Origin: a virus
Length of the DNA stretch: 64,000 nt
Virus record (IMG/VR): IMGVR_UViG_3300014613_004232
Location: 29,836-93,835 of that record
Reading direction: 5' to 3' (one strand)
This document shows, piece after piece, positions 51,358 through 61,026 of this stretch. The stretch's first letter is position 1. Each line of letters begins with the position of its first letter. Under the pieces are notes generated by a model. That model was not told where the DNA came from. It searched no databases and saw only the letters and a list, made by a program, of their open reading frames with translations. The position numbers were made by a program, and so were the translations under genes.

Positions 51358-52382
51358 GAGCGCACCACCCTTGCTTCAACGTCAAGGACCCCGTCGTCGT
51401 CATCCATACCCAGCCCACCGTGTGCAGCTTCCGACTGCTTCAGCAGCCGGTTGAAGGCGTTGTCGTTGGTCTGGGTGCGGTCAGCCTGGGCAGCATGCGT
51501 GTTCGTGACAACTCGGCCGTTGAGCCACTGAGTGCGGATTGCCTCTGCGTCGGCCAGCAGGCAATCAACAGCATGGCACTTGCGCACGTAGAAGGCTGAG
51601 TTCATCGTCACGAAGAACGCGGCGATGCTGGGGGCCTCTTCGACGGGAACGCGCTTGATGAAGTTGGCAAGCTGTCCGTTGACCTTGGCATTGCGCGTCG
51701 GCTCGTGGCCGTAGCGTGTCCCGTAGGCCGCAGCGTAGAAGTCCCAAACCAGCGACGAGGGCGAACGCTGTTCGTCGGCCGACTTGTCTGCCGGGGCGCG
51801 GGGCTTCGCAGAAGCCGGGCGCAAACCTGCTTGCGCGTGGGCTTGCTCCTGGCCATTCGCGTTGGCTTGCTCCTGTGCACTTGCCTGCGCTTTTGCTTGT
51901 GCTTTGCTTCCGAGGGTGTTGGCACTCCCTTCGAAGGGGCTTGCCAAGGGGGGTGTTGCCCCCCTCTTCTCGGTCAAGTGAAAGTCCATGCCGTAGCGGT
52001 CGTAAAACCGCGCCAGGAAAGGGTTTTCTTCCATCGCGGCGTACTGCTTTTGCACGTTCTTGACTTGGTTGTCCGACACCTTGAGGGCCTCGCCGATCTG
52101 CTCGCGCGCCATGTCGAAGACCCAGACGAATTCGGAGTCCTCGTCGTAGTCGCACAACCCCGCTTTGATGCAGATCTGAAGCCCCTTCGAAGCCCCTTCG
52201 AAGCCCAGCCCCGTCTCGTGGCCGGCCGCCGGCAGGCTCAACGGGTAGAGGCCCAGCATGTTGGACAGCGGCGCCGTCTTGAGGTAGCCGGCCATGACCA
52301 CACCCTCGACGCCAGCGCGTCGGATGTCCTTGCAGATCTTGGAGAGCCAGAAGGCAGGCGCAAAACGCGCGTACTCACGCAT
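51354..52382 (-). CDS. Phage replication initiator (lambda O-like) containing origin
   Basis: N-terminal wHTH (NMLGLY.L....HETGL), low-complexity AQ linker, internal iterons. Confidence 0.7.
   Translation of the reverse strand: MREYARFAPAFWLSKICKDIRRAGVEGVVMAGYLKTAPLSNMLGLYPLSLPAAGHETGLGFEGASKGLQICIKAGLCDYDEDSEFVWVFDMAREQIGEALKVSDNQVKNVQKQYAAMEENPFLARFYDRYGMDFHLTEKRGATPPLASPFEGSANTLGSKAQAKAQASAQEQANANGQEQAHAQAGLRPASAKPRAPADKSADEQRSPSSLVWDFYAAAYGTRYGHEPTRNAKVNGQLANFIKRVPVEEAPSIAAFFVTMNSAFYVRKCHAVDCLLADAEAIRTQWLNGRVVTNTHAAQADRTQTNDNAFNRLLKQSEAAHGGLGMDDDDGVLDVEARVVRS
51927..52206. repeat. Iterons (11-bp GAAGGGGCTTC unit), putative origin
   Basis: Tandem GAAGCCCCTTC at 52178-52206 and GAAGGGGCTT at 51933-51942. 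Confidence 0.65.
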
Positions 52383-52914
52383 GGGCGGTCACCTCACACG
52401 TGTGGATGTTGGTGATGTACTGGCCGCTCTTCCAAGCCTTGAGCACCTTCACGCGGGCATCCATGCTGACGCCAATCGTGTAGCAGGGGTCGCTCAGCAG
52501 GAGCGCCCGCAAGTCGGCGAACTCCTTCACGGTCTGGAGCTCAGCCTCAGTGGCCTGCATGCACCCGGACTTCAGCGACCGATGGAAGACCGAATAGAGC
52601 GCGCTGCGCGTGCGCTGACAAACGGCCAGGTGCTCAGCGGACTCTTCGTAGATGCCCATCTCGAACACGACCAGAGTCTCATTGAGTTGAGCCTGCAGGC
52701 TGTAGGCATGCTGCTCGGTGGTCCGCCCGGTGCGGAGGTCTTCCAGACCAGCCACAAGCGCCACGAGATGCTTCTCGCGGGTCTCCTGAGGGATGGGCTT
52801 CACCCGCTCACTGGCTGGCATGAACCGGGCTTCCGCGATGAGGCGGAGCTCATCTTCGTTGTAGCGGCGCACACGCGCGGCTCGGCCCCTGGCGGGCCTC
52901 TTCTTGGTGGCCAT
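52375..52914 (-). CDS. Hypothetical protein
   Basis: ATG 52914 coupled. Confidence 0.6.
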   Translation of the reverse strand: MATKKRPARGRAARVRRYNEDELRLIAEARFMPASERVKPIPQETREKHLVALVAGLEDLRTGRTTEQHAYSLQAQLNETLVVFEMGIYEESAEHLAVCQRTRSALYSVFHRSLKSGCMQATEAELQTVKEFADLRALLLSDPCYTIGVSMDARVKVLKAWKSGQYITNIHTCEVTAHA

Positions 52915-53321
52915 CAGGCAGTCTCGGTAACAGTGGGTTGAAGGACTTCCCAATAGAGCACTGGGTGCCCATGGGTGCGCGGCGACTTCGCCTTGTGGTA
53001 TTCGCCAGTGCTCTTGATGCGTGCGCCTGCAGCGATGAAAACGGCAGGCATCGATCCCCACACGTGGTGCGTGTGCGGGCTGGGGTGGTTGCAGGAATCG
53101 GCGTAGGCGCGGAAGTCCTCCATGGCGAAGCGATCACCCGGGGCGAACTGCTTCAGGTAGGACTTGAACAGGAAGACCGTTGCCTGCTTCCACTCGTCCG
53201 CTTCGGCGTCAAGGGTTGCTGCTTGGCCTGCCAATTTGAGATCGCGGCCAGACCGGCGGGTCTTGGCGCAACCCGAGTAGCGCTCAGCCGCGCTGGTGGT
53301 GATGAGCGAGGCCTGAGTCAT
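52914..53321 (-). CDS. Hypothetical protein
   Basis: F..EDFR......P....WG pattern; coupled. Confidence 0.65.
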   Translation of the reverse strand: MTQASLITTSAAERYSGCAKTRRSGRDLKLAGQAATLDAEADEWKQATVFLFKSYLKQFAPGDRFAMEDFRAYADSCNHPSPHTHHVWGSMPAVFIAAGARIKSTGEYHKAKSPRTHGHPVLYWEVLQPTVTETA

Positions 53322-53749
53322 TGGGCGGCTCCCGCGCGAATCGCCTTCATCAGAACGGCGTTTTCTTGCTCCGACAGTTTCAGCCGCGCCTGGAGGTCGT
53401 CAATGACGCGCTCGGCCTCTGACTTGATCATCACGGCCGTGCAACCGACTTGGAAGTTGATCCATTCGACGTAGATCCGATTGCCAACCTCATCGCAGAA
53501 CTCGCGGATCTTGTTGGTCGGCAATGAGGCTGCGCTGTCTTCGATCTTCGACCACGTACCCGGGTCGATCTTGAGCGCGAGGTAGACCTCCTTCTTGTCC
53601 AGGCCTGCAGCGCGGCGCGCCAACTCGATGGCACTGCCAGGGCTGGAGGTTGCTCGGACCATCTCGATGGGCACGAGGAAGGCCTGCTCCCTCGCACGCC
53701 CCCCCCTTGAAAGCGGGAGCTCACTTTGGGGATCGTCAACGTGGTTCAT
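53318..53749 (-). CDS. CII-like HTH regulator
   Basis: AGLDKKEVY.AL.ID.GTWSKI; position after cro. Confidence 0.6.
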   Translation of the reverse strand: MNHVDDPQSELPLSRGGRAREQAFLVPIEMVRATSSPGSAIELARRAAGLDKKEVYLALKIDPGTWSKIEDSAASLPTNKIREFCDEVGNRIYVEWINFQVGCTAVMIKSEAERVIDDLQARLKLSEQENAVLMKAIRAGAAQ

Positions 53750-53876
53750 ATTTTTTGGCTTTCCCTTGCGGTCGTCTGTCGGACAACATTCCTCCCATCG
53801 AAACAAATGCAGGGAGGACCGAACATGAAAGACCTGGAGATCGACAGTTGGGCGAAACTCAAGGTTCAACTCACAC

Positions 53877-54191
53877 TCATGCGGTGCGCAATTCGCGCCT
53901 CTGAGTGCGTGTCGGAGGTGCGCTATCAGCGCGAACTCGATGCGGAGTCGACGACTTCGACTTGCGCTTCGCGATCTCCCGATCGTGGTGCAGGTCGTCA
54001 AGCGTGATGTCTTGCGTCAGGTGCGCTTCGAGGGCCTTGAAGTGGAAGGGCGAAGCCCATCCCCGCTTGACCCAGCGTTGCACCTCTTGGTATGGAACCT
54101 TCGTCTCGGCCGTGCTTACAAGGCGGGCCAGGGCGGTAGGGCCGTTGTGCGCCTCAACCAGGCGCGAGATCGCGGGCTTGTTCGTGTTCAT
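53877..54191 (-). CDS. cro: Cro-like repressor
   Basis: GPTALARLV...YQEVQRWVKRG; divergent from cI. Confidence 0.7.
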   Translation of the reverse strand: MNTNKPAISRLVEAHNGPTALARLVSTAETKVPYQEVQRWVKRGWASPFHFKALEAHLTQDITLDDLHHDREIAKRKSKSSTPHRVRADSAPPTRTQRRELRTA

Positions 54192-54198
54192 GCCGGCG

Positions 54199-54270
54199 AT
54201 CATCCCACAACAAAAACGTGTGTGCAAGTTTTTGTTGTGTCTTGCACAACCTTTTGTTGTGCCGGATCAT
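54199..54270. promoter_or_regulatory. OR region: PR and PRM with three 17-bp operators
   Basis: Operators 54206-54222, 54223-54239, 54245-54261 (CACAAC-N5-GTTGTG-like); TTGCAC-N17-GATGAT (minus) and TTGCAC-N17-GATCAT (plus). Confidence 0.75.
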
Positions 54271-54276
54271 TCCAAC

Positions 54277-54954
54277 ATGAGCCTGAAAGAACAAACAATA
54301 GGGCAGAGAATCGTCGCCGAACTGGAGCGACAAGAGATCAGCCAGGCTGAGTTTTGTCGGCGCATCGGCATCAGCACCGAGAGCTTGCGAAAGTGGACCA
54401 AGGGCGACACCGAGCCGAACAGAAATCGGCGCCTGGTCATCGCGGCGGAACTCGGCCGCTCAGAACAATGGGTGCAGTTCGGCTCGGACGTAGCGGATAG
54501 CGGTCAATCGGACATTCCCGAGAACGCGTCTCACTCGCACAACGCACCGGCTCCTTTCGCGACAGCCCCCCCTGTCATGGGGGGTTCTCTCCACGGCTTG
54601 CAAGTTGCTACAACTCAGACCCCGCTCAGCGGGATCACATGGGAGTTGTACGTGAACTTGATAAGAGAGGGGGTAGACCTCTCGGCCGGTATCTGGGTCG
54701 TCATCACTGACGACGCGAACTCGCCAGAGATCAACCCGAATGACGAGTGTTACATCGCTCCAGGCGAAGCAAGGCCCGGATCCTTGGCCGTGTTCCGCAC
54801 TGGCGACGGAGACGTGGTGCTCCGTCGTTACCGCAAGGTGACGACCAGCCGTTTCGAAGCTGTGGCGGCGAATCCAGGCTACGCGACGCTCAGCTCATCG
54901 ACTGATGGTTTGACGCTAATTGGCGTTGTGACAAAGCACATGCGCACCCTTTAA
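54277..54954 (+). CDS. cI: CI-like repressor (HTH plus S24-like C-terminal domain)
   Basis: ISQAEFCRRIGIS.ESLRKW.KG.TEP; C-terminal ...LIGVV. Confidence 0.8.
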   Translation: MSLKEQTIGQRIVAELERQEISQAEFCRRIGISTESLRKWTKGDTEPNRNRRLVIAAELGRSEQWVQFGSDVADSGQSDIPENASHSHNAPAPFATAPPVMGGSLHGLQVATTQTPLSGITWELYVNLIREGVDLSAGIWVVITDDANSPEINPNDECYIAPGEARPGSLAVFRTGDGDVVLRRYRKVTTSRFEAVAANPGYATLSSSTDGLTLIGVVTKHMRTL

Positions 54955-54979
54955 CGAGGGGGCATCGAAGAAAACGAGA

Positions 54980-55001
54980 CCGGCAGAAGCCGGCTTTTTT
55001 T
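54980..55001 (+). terminator. Intrinsic terminator after cI
   Basis: CCGGC-AGAA-GCCGG then T7. Confidence 0.7.
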
Positions 55002-55020
55002 CGCCTGTCGAACGGCGACA

Positions 55021-55061
55021 CACACGTTTTTGTTGCGCACACGTTTTTGTTGTGGGATACT
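55021..55061 (+). promoter_or_regulatory. OL/PL: two abutting 17-bp operators and promoter
   Basis: CACACGTTTTTGTTGCG CACACGTTTTTGTTGTG; TTGCGC-N17-GATACT. Confidence 0.75.
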
Positions 55062-55084
55062 GGCCTCACTTTCGGAGGACAGAC

Positions 55085-55627
55085 ATGCTCGCAACCCAAG
55101 AACGCCAACGACCGGCTTCCATCGTCCAGGCCCTGCGTACCCACGCGCAGATCGTCTCGACAGCCGGCGTGCAGTTGAAGCCCGCAACCCGCGCAGACTT
55201 CATTGAGGAAGTCCGCACCGACATGGTCAAGGCCATGCGGCAGGAGATCCAGTTTGTGAACGGGCTCTGCCTGCGCCCCGACATGAGCCCGACGGTCACG
55301 CTGATCAATCGGATCCACGCGGTCCAGCAGATGCTCGACTGCGACCTCTCCACCCAGGTCGTGCTGCTGATCGCCCTGCGCGAGAGCAAGTGCCAGCACG
55401 TCCGTGCCCTCGCTCAGGCCTTGCCACTGCTGGGAGGCTCGCTGCGGGAAATGACGACCTACGTTCAGGAAAAGGTTGAAAGCGACAAGGCAGTGAGCGC
55501 CCTTCTCATGGACGCCCTGGCCCTGAGCGAGTGCCACCACGTCCAGCAACTCCGCGACGTGATCTCCAGCGGCTACGCCTACATGGTGGGGCCCAGCGTC
55601 GCCGCCTGTCGCGGGGCCTCGGCATGA
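55085..55627 (+). CDS. Hypothetical early protein
   Basis: GGAGG RBS. Confidence 0.65.
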   Translation: MLATQERQRPASIVQALRTHAQIVSTAGVQLKPATRADFIEEVRTDMVKAMRQEIQFVNGLCLRPDMSPTVTLINRIHAVQQMLDCDLSTQVVLLIALRESKCQHVRALAQALPLLGGSLREMTTYVQEKVESDKAVSALLMDALALSECHHVQQLRDVISSGYAYMVGPSVAACRGASA

Positions 55628-55812
55628 GCGCATTGCGTCGCGAGACGAACCACACCGCCGCGAACGGCATTGGTTCGCCCTTCGCGCACGGCCGCAACTC
55701 CCGCCACTGCTTTCGCTGCAACAAGTGGCGACCGCAAGCGGGCGGCGAGATCTGCAAGCGCACGCGCCAGTGGGTCTGCGCCTGCTGCAAGCCCCTCGAT
55801 CTCCGGGGCTGA
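55624..55812 (+). CDS. Small Zn-finger protein
   Basis: CFRC...WVCACC; coupled. Confidence 0.55.
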   Translation: MSALRRETNHTAANGIGSPFAHGRNSRHCFRCNKWRPQAGGEICKRTRQWVCACCKPLDLRG

Positions 55813-55877
55813 ACCCAAACACATCGCAGCCGAGACATCGGCGGTTTCCGGGCGCCCGCGCCCGAATGGAGCCTGAC

Positions 55878-56054
55878 ATGAAGCAATCGAACCTCCCCCA
55901 GGACTCTGGCCTCTGGGCCATCGGCAACACGATCCTTCAGGACCTGAAGGACATGGCGGTCATCGTTGCCTTCGCCTCGTTCATGGCACTGGCTGTCGCC
56001 TGGATCAACGGCTTGCCTCCGACCAAGTTGATCGAACTCATCCTGGGGTTCTGA
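55878..56054 (+). CDS. Small membrane protein
   Basis: GGAG RBS, one TM helix. Confidence 0.5.
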   Translation: MKQSNLPQDSGLWAIGNTILQDLKDMAVIVAFASFMALAVAWINGLPPTKLIELILGF

Positions 56055-56055
56055 C

Positions 56056-56859
56056 ATGAGCGCCGCAACCGAAGTTGTCGAACTGAAGACCGCGCCGCCG
56101 GTCGTCATCCCTGCTGCTGAGGTGTCACCGCTGACGCTTCTGCACGAGGCCGTCTCCAAGGGCCTTGACGCAAACCAACTGCACCGGCTTACCGACCTGT
56201 ACGAACGGTGGCAGGAGCGCGCTGCGCGGGAGGCCTACCTCAAGGCCATGGCCGCCTTCCGTGCTGAGGTGCGACCGATCCTGAAGGACAAGCCCGTCGG
56301 CTACGACAGCACCAAGCCCGGCGGTGGGCGCACCGACTTCAAGTACGCCACCCTGGCCACCATCGACGCCCTGATCACGCCGATCCTGTCCAAGCACGGT
56401 TTGACCGCGTCATGGAAGACCGTCGAGCAGGTGAAGGACTGGATCAAGATCCGCTGCACCATCAGCCACATCGAAGGGCACCAGGAGGCCTGCGAACTCG
56501 GCGCGCCGCCCGACAAGACCGGCGGCAAGAACGACGTCCAGGCCATCGGTTCCACGCAGTCCTACTTGCAGCGCTACACCCTGATCGCCGCATGCGGTCT
56601 TGCCACGCGCGAACAGGACGACGACGGCAACGGGGGTGAGGCCCCGACGCCGGGCAAACTGGTTCGAGACGCGCTGTCCCCACTCCTGAAGCAGTCCCCG
56701 AACGACCCGACCGCCCACGTCATCTGGAAGGTCGGCAATGCCGCGCTGAAGGCGCTCGGTGAGGCCGACATCGTCGACTCTTTCAGGGACGAGGCCGTGG
56801 CAGTCCGCACGGCCCTGCGCGACAAGGGTGCCCAAGGCGCCGACGGAGGCCGCGCGTGA
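56056..56859 (+). CDS. erf: ERF-family single-strand annealing protein
   Basis: KYATL..I...I.P.L.KHGL, QAIGSTQSYLQRYTL...GL.....DDDG. Confidence 0.9.
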   Translation: MSAATEVVELKTAPPVVIPAAEVSPLTLLHEAVSKGLDANQLHRLTDLYERWQERAAREAYLKAMAAFRAEVRPILKDKPVGYDSTKPGGGRTDFKYATLATIDALITPILSKHGLTASWKTVEQVKDWIKIRCTISHIEGHQEACELGAPPDKTGGKNDVQAIGSTQSYLQRYTLIAACGLATREQDDDGNGGEAPTPGKLVRDALSPLLKQSPNDPTAHVIWKVGNAALKALGEADIVDSFRDEAVAVRTALRDKGAQGADGGRA

Positions 56860-57722
56860 TCTTTGACCACGCCAAGCAGGGCACCCCCGAGTGGCACCAG
56901 GCGCGCTGCGGCGTGCTGACGGCTTCTCTTTTCTCCGCGGCCGTCGACACGCTGCAAAGCAATCGCGATGGTCGCAAGAAGGGCGAAGCGAGCGCCGCCT
57001 CTGAGGCCCTGGCGTCCACCCTCGCGATCGAGCGGATCACGGGCCAGCCCTATCGGTCCATGTTCGACTCTGCAGCGATGCGAGAGGGCCGCGAGCAGGA
57101 AGGCTTCGCCCGGGAGTGGTACGAAAACGAGAAGGGCGTCATGGTCCAGGAGTCGGGCATTGCCCTGACCGACGACCGGCGCTTCGGGTACTCCACCGAC
57201 GGCTTCGTGTGCCACACCAAGGGTGCGATCGAGGTCAAGACCCTGGTCAGCCCCCAGCGCATCGGGACCTTCGTCACCGCGCCGGAGTTGATCGTGGAGG
57301 ACTTCAAAGACCAGTGCGACGGCGGCATGTGGCTTTGCCACCTCGACTGGATAGACCTGATCGTGTGGATCCCGGTTTTCGAGTCCACCGGCCGCAAGGC
57401 CAACGTGATCCGGATCGAGCGGAACGAAGCGCGGATTGAGCGCCTGGTGGACCGCCTCGTAACCTTTGACCGCCACGTCACCGAGTTGGAAGAGCTCTTC
57501 CGCAACTTTTCGATCGACGACATCGCCAAGCGCTGCGCGGCCAAGCTCATCCCGCAGGAGCCCATCACCACGGTCGACTTCCGCGAATCGTCGCCATCCT
57601 GGGATCGCCCAGACCTGGCCAAGCCCATCACCACGCCGATCACCTCGGCCGCCAAGAAACCAACCCCAGCGGCCAACGTGGCCGCCGTGATCGACAACCC
57701 CTTCAACTACGTGAGGACCTGA
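56856..57722 (+). CDS. YqaJ/lambda exonuclease family protein
   Basis: QGTPEW..AR.G.LTAS, AM..G.EQE..AR, GYSTDG, IEVK. Confidence 0.88.
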   Translation: MIFDHAKQGTPEWHQARCGVLTASLFSAAVDTLQSNRDGRKKGEASAASEALASTLAIERITGQPYRSMFDSAAMREGREQEGFAREWYENEKGVMVQESGIALTDDRRFGYSTDGFVCHTKGAIEVKTLVSPQRIGTFVTAPELIVEDFKDQCDGGMWLCHLDWIDLIVWIPVFESTGRKANVIRIERNEARIERLVDRLVTFDRHVTELEELFRNFSIDDIAKRCAAKLIPQEPITTVDFRESSPSWDRPDLAKPITTPITSAAKKPTPAANVAAVIDNPFNYVRT

Positions 57723-59206
57723 TGACTGCAACCACCCAACCCGAACTCAACGCGCTCGCGTCGGCGATTGCGCTGATGGACACCCCCGAAACCACCGCCC
57801 CGATGAAGTTGGAAGCCACCAAGGTGCTCGCCCGCATCGACCTGCAGGCGGTCGCGCTGGCCCGCTTCGGCGACTGGCGTGAGCACGTGGCGGACCTGGT
57901 CGAGAAGCACGGCAGTGTCGCGTTTGACCTGTCCACCGTGAAGAAACTGGACGAGGCCAAGGAGGTCCGGCGCCAGATCCGTGACGTGCGCATCGGCGCC
58001 GACAAGATCTCCAAAGCACTGAAGACCCAACTGCGCGCGATCTCCACCTCAGTCGGCGAGGAGGCTGAGGCCGTCGCCCTGGCCGTGAAGGGCGTCGAAG
58101 CCCACGTCCACGAACAGATCGAAGCCGAAGAAACCCGCAAAGCTGAAGCAGCGACCAAGGAACGCGAGCGCAAGTCGGCCCACGAGTTGAACCTCGCGCG
58201 CATCCGCGGCTACGTCGACCTCGCCAAGGACAAGACCTCCGACGAGATCGCCCAGGCCATCCAGTTCGTTCAGGACAATGTCGTCATCGACGACACCTGG
58301 GAAGAGTTCAAGGAGCGCGGCACTGCAGCCCTCGCTGAGACCTTGGACGCACTGCGCGAACTCCGTGACACGACCGCCGAGAAGGAGCGCCAGGCAGAAG
58401 AAGCCGAGAAGTTGCGCCGCGACACGGAAGCCAAGGCCCTCGAAGTCAAGACTGTGGGCGCCATCCAGCAGGCAGCCATGGGCGCCTTCGGCAAGCGCTC
58501 GACGGAAATCGAGCGCGTTGCCACTGATCTCCAGGAGCAGCACGGCAGCAACGAGAACCCTCAGGTCCAGGTCGCGCTGCAGACCACGCTGGCCACGCTC
58601 AACATGATGGCCACCGCTGCCAAGCAACAAGAGCAGATGCTGGCCGACGTCGCCCCCGTCGAGGCAGCCAACATCGTCGCGAAGGCTGAAGCCATCGTGG
58701 CCACGGCCTCACAGGCCCCCATCACTCGCATCCACTCCCGCGCCTTCCGCCCAGCCTCCAAGCCCCAAGAAGCAGCACCGCCAGCAGCTCCTGCGGCCGA
58801 GGCAGAACCCGCACGTGAGGAATTTGCCGCCGGTCCTGCCTCCTTTGACGACATGGACGACGACAGCGATGTCATCGACGTAACTGCCGCACCGGCGGCG
58901 ACCGCCGCAACCGTCAGCGTGGAAGTTGACCTCACGTTGCCCATGACCGTCCGTGAAGTTGAAGTGGTGCAGACGCTGACCACTGAAGACGAATCGGCTG
59001 ACGAGGTTGAAACCGATGAGGTGCTGCTGACCACCCAGGATCTCTGCATTCGCCTGGGCATGCAGGTGCCCTTCGCCCTCCTGGTGGGCACCGGCGCCAC
59101 GTTTGAAGAAGACGCCGATGGGCAGCCTTTCTGGCGCCTGTCCGACTTCGACCTGATCGTGGACAGCCTGATCGAACACCTGGAGTCCCTGAAGGGCAAG
59201 CACTGA
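57722..59206 (+). CDS. Coiled-coil phage protein
   Basis: Long Ala/Glu-rich helices, acidic C-terminus. Confidence 0.7.
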   Translation: MTATTQPELNALASAIALMDTPETTAPMKLEATKVLARIDLQAVALARFGDWREHVADLVEKHGSVAFDLSTVKKLDEAKEVRRQIRDVRIGADKISKALKTQLRAISTSVGEEAEAVALAVKGVEAHVHEQIEAEETRKAEAATKERERKSAHELNLARIRGYVDLAKDKTSDEIAQAIQFVQDNVVIDDTWEEFKERGTAALAETLDALRELRDTTAEKERQAEEAEKLRRDTEAKALEVKTVGAIQQAAMGAFGKRSTEIERVATDLQEQHGSNENPQVQVALQTTLATLNMMATAAKQQEQMLADVAPVEAANIVAKAEAIVATASQAPITRIHSRAFRPASKPQEAAPPAAPAAEAEPAREEFAAGPASFDDMDDDSDVIDVTAAPAATAATVSVEVDLTLPMTVREVEVVQTLTTEDESADEVETDEVLLTTQDLCIRLGMQVPFALLVGTGATFEEDADGQPFWRLSDFDLIVDSLIEHLESLKGKH

Positions 59207-59247
59207 CACCAGCAGGGCCCAGGCCCTGCTCCACCACCAAACCGGAT

Positions 59248-59577
59248 ATGCAGCACATGACTCAGACACTCAGCCTGGCCCTGCAAAACGTCAGCAAGGC
59301 GGCAGAACAAGCCAACCAGAGCGCCAAGACGCTCGAAGCCCTGGGCACCCTGTTGAAGCAGGCCAGCGCCGGGACCGCCTCCCTGGATGTGGAGACGCTC
59401 GCACGCCTCCTCCTGACCCTCGGCCTTTGCATCGTTCACCGCGATGTGGTCATCCAGGCCCTGGATGTCGTCAAGCAGACCGAAGACGTCGACGGGCTGT
59501 CGTGTGAGGGCCTGAAGCAGTTGGAGACCAAGTTGGCCCTAGCGCGCGACGGCATCGCGCAGGAAGGCGCGGCATGA
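59248..59577 (+). CDS. Hypothetical protein
   Basis: ORF in early operon. Confidence 0.6.
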   Translation: MQHMTQTLSLALQNVSKAAEQANQSAKTLEALGTLLKQASAGTASLDVETLARLLLTLGLCIVHRDVVIQALDVVKQTEDVDGLSCEGLKQLETKLALARDGIAQEGAA

Positions 59578-60320
59578 GCACCCGCAAGACTCAGTTCCCG
59601 ACCGAGTCCTCCCAGCAGCAAGGCGCGTGCGATCCGCACAGGGTGTACCAGCACCCAGCTTTCGCAACGCTGCAAGTCAGCGAATTAAGCGGTGGCAGCA
59701 GAGTCCTTTTTGGCTCCGATGTGGATCACCAGTATCGGATCGCGATGAGGGTAACCGAGGCGCGCCTCCACCGTGATCTCAGCCACGACTGGATTCACTC
59801 TAGCCCTCGGACCATCGTCGAATTCGAGATGACGCACGCGCAGTTCGCGGCGCTTGCCGGTAGCGTTGGTAAGGGGAGCGGGGTGCCTGTGACCCTGACC
59901 TACAAGCCCATATCGACCGGGCTGGAAATGGTGCCGGCGATTGGCCGAGTCGACAGCAAACTGGACGTGATCTCCCGCGAGGTCGAGGAGTGCGCCAAGC
60001 GACGGCTTGCCCAGATGCAATCTGAGGTGGACCGCCTGGGCGCCCTGATTGAAGGGGGCAAAGCAGGCATCAAGGAACTACGCGCGGTTCACCGTGGGCT
60101 CAGCAACGCCGCCACCGGCCTACCTTCGAGCCTCGGCTACACAGTCAATCAAGCGAAGGAAATGCTGGAGAAGGCCGGCAACGATGCCAAGGCGCAGGTT
60201 GAGGCCTTCGCGGAAAGCACATTGCGCCGGGCAGGCCTTGAGGGCGTTGTGCAGTTGCCCCCCAGCGATTGCCCGCGTGCAGGCGAGGCATCACCCACGT
60301 CCGTTGGAGGTGCGTCCTGA
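59574..60320 (+). CDS. Conserved phage hypothetical protein
   Basis: HPAF...LFGSDV.H...R.LS.DWIH...G.GVPVT. Confidence 0.7.
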   Translation: MSTRKTQFPTESSQQQGACDPHRVYQHPAFATLQVSELSGGSRVLFGSDVDHQYRIAMRVTEARLHRDLSHDWIHSSPRTIVEFEMTHAQFAALAGSVGKGSGVPVTLTYKPISTGLEMVPAIGRVDSKLDVISREVEECAKRRLAQMQSEVDRLGALIEGGKAGIKELRAVHRGLSNAATGLPSSLGYTVNQAKEMLEKAGNDAKAQVEAFAESTLRRAGLEGVVQLPPSDCPRAGEASPTSVGGAS

Positions 60321-60736
60321 TGTCTCAGTACCTCATTGCACATATCGGCCACACCCAGCGCCACAACGAGCATGTGACATGGTGGAAGCCGGACAGCCGG
60401 GGCTACACCATCTGCATCGACAAGGCAGGCAGGTACAGCGAGAAAGAGGCGCGCAGCATCTGCAGCACTGGTGAATGCATCGCAGTGCCTGTCGCGTCCG
60501 TCGAGCCATTGGCCCGTAGCACGCCCTATTTCCGCGTCCCTGGCGGAAGGCTGGCGAACCTGTACGACGGTGGCCCGCATCGCCCGGTGGAGAACGAGTC
60601 TCAGGCATGGCGCCAGTTGCTGAATAGCCGACTGCTATGCAGCAGGACCACCGAGAGGCCAACCCCCATGCCCTCCAGCAAGGCGCGCGCGATCTATCTG
60701 GACGCTCTAGTGGAACAGCAGGAGAAGCAGTCTTGA
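60320..60736 (+). CDS. Hypothetical protein
   Basis: WWKPDSRGYT....AGRY. Confidence 0.65.
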   Translation: MSQYLIAHIGHTQRHNEHVTWWKPDSRGYTICIDKAGRYSEKEARSICSTGECIAVPVASVEPLARSTPYFRVPGGRLANLYDGGPHRPVENESQAWRQLLNSRLLCSRTTERPTPMPSSKARAIYLDALVEQQEKQS

Positions 60737-61026
60737 ACACCATCAGCCAACTGAAAGCCCTGCCCCAGATCCTCATCGTCATCATCATGGCGGCCGTGGT
60801 CTGGGCGCTGCAAGTCGAGCGCCGCCGCATTCACCGCCTGGAGCAGGCCGCCGGCATGAAGGTCACCCGCGTCGAGCGCGGCGTCTTCGGTGAGACCGTC
60901 CACTACGCCCCGGGTAAGCCCCCATCGTCAGACACGCCGATGGCTTGGTCTGACGTCTGGGGGTGGGTGCGAGACATCTGGTCCGACAGTGCGCAGCACC
61001 CGAGTGGATCTGAGGGTTCGCGATGA
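60733..61026 (+). CDS. Membrane-anchored hypothetical protein
   Basis: TTG start with AGGAG; one TM helix. Confidence 0.55.
   Translation: MNTISQLKALPQILIVIIMAAVVWALQVERRRIHRLEQAAGMKVTRVERGVFGETVHYAPGKPPSSDTPMAWSDVWGWVRDIWSDSAQHPSGSEGSR

Noticed and set aside
53825-54007. Plus-strand 60-aa ORF with good GGAGG RBS, antisense to the cro 3' end
   Set aside because: Overlaps cro, no recognisable motif; cannot be supported without expression data
55021-55054. Tandem 17-bp repeats and other short repeats considered as a CRISPR array
   Set aside because: No spacers or cas genes; they match the cI/cro operators
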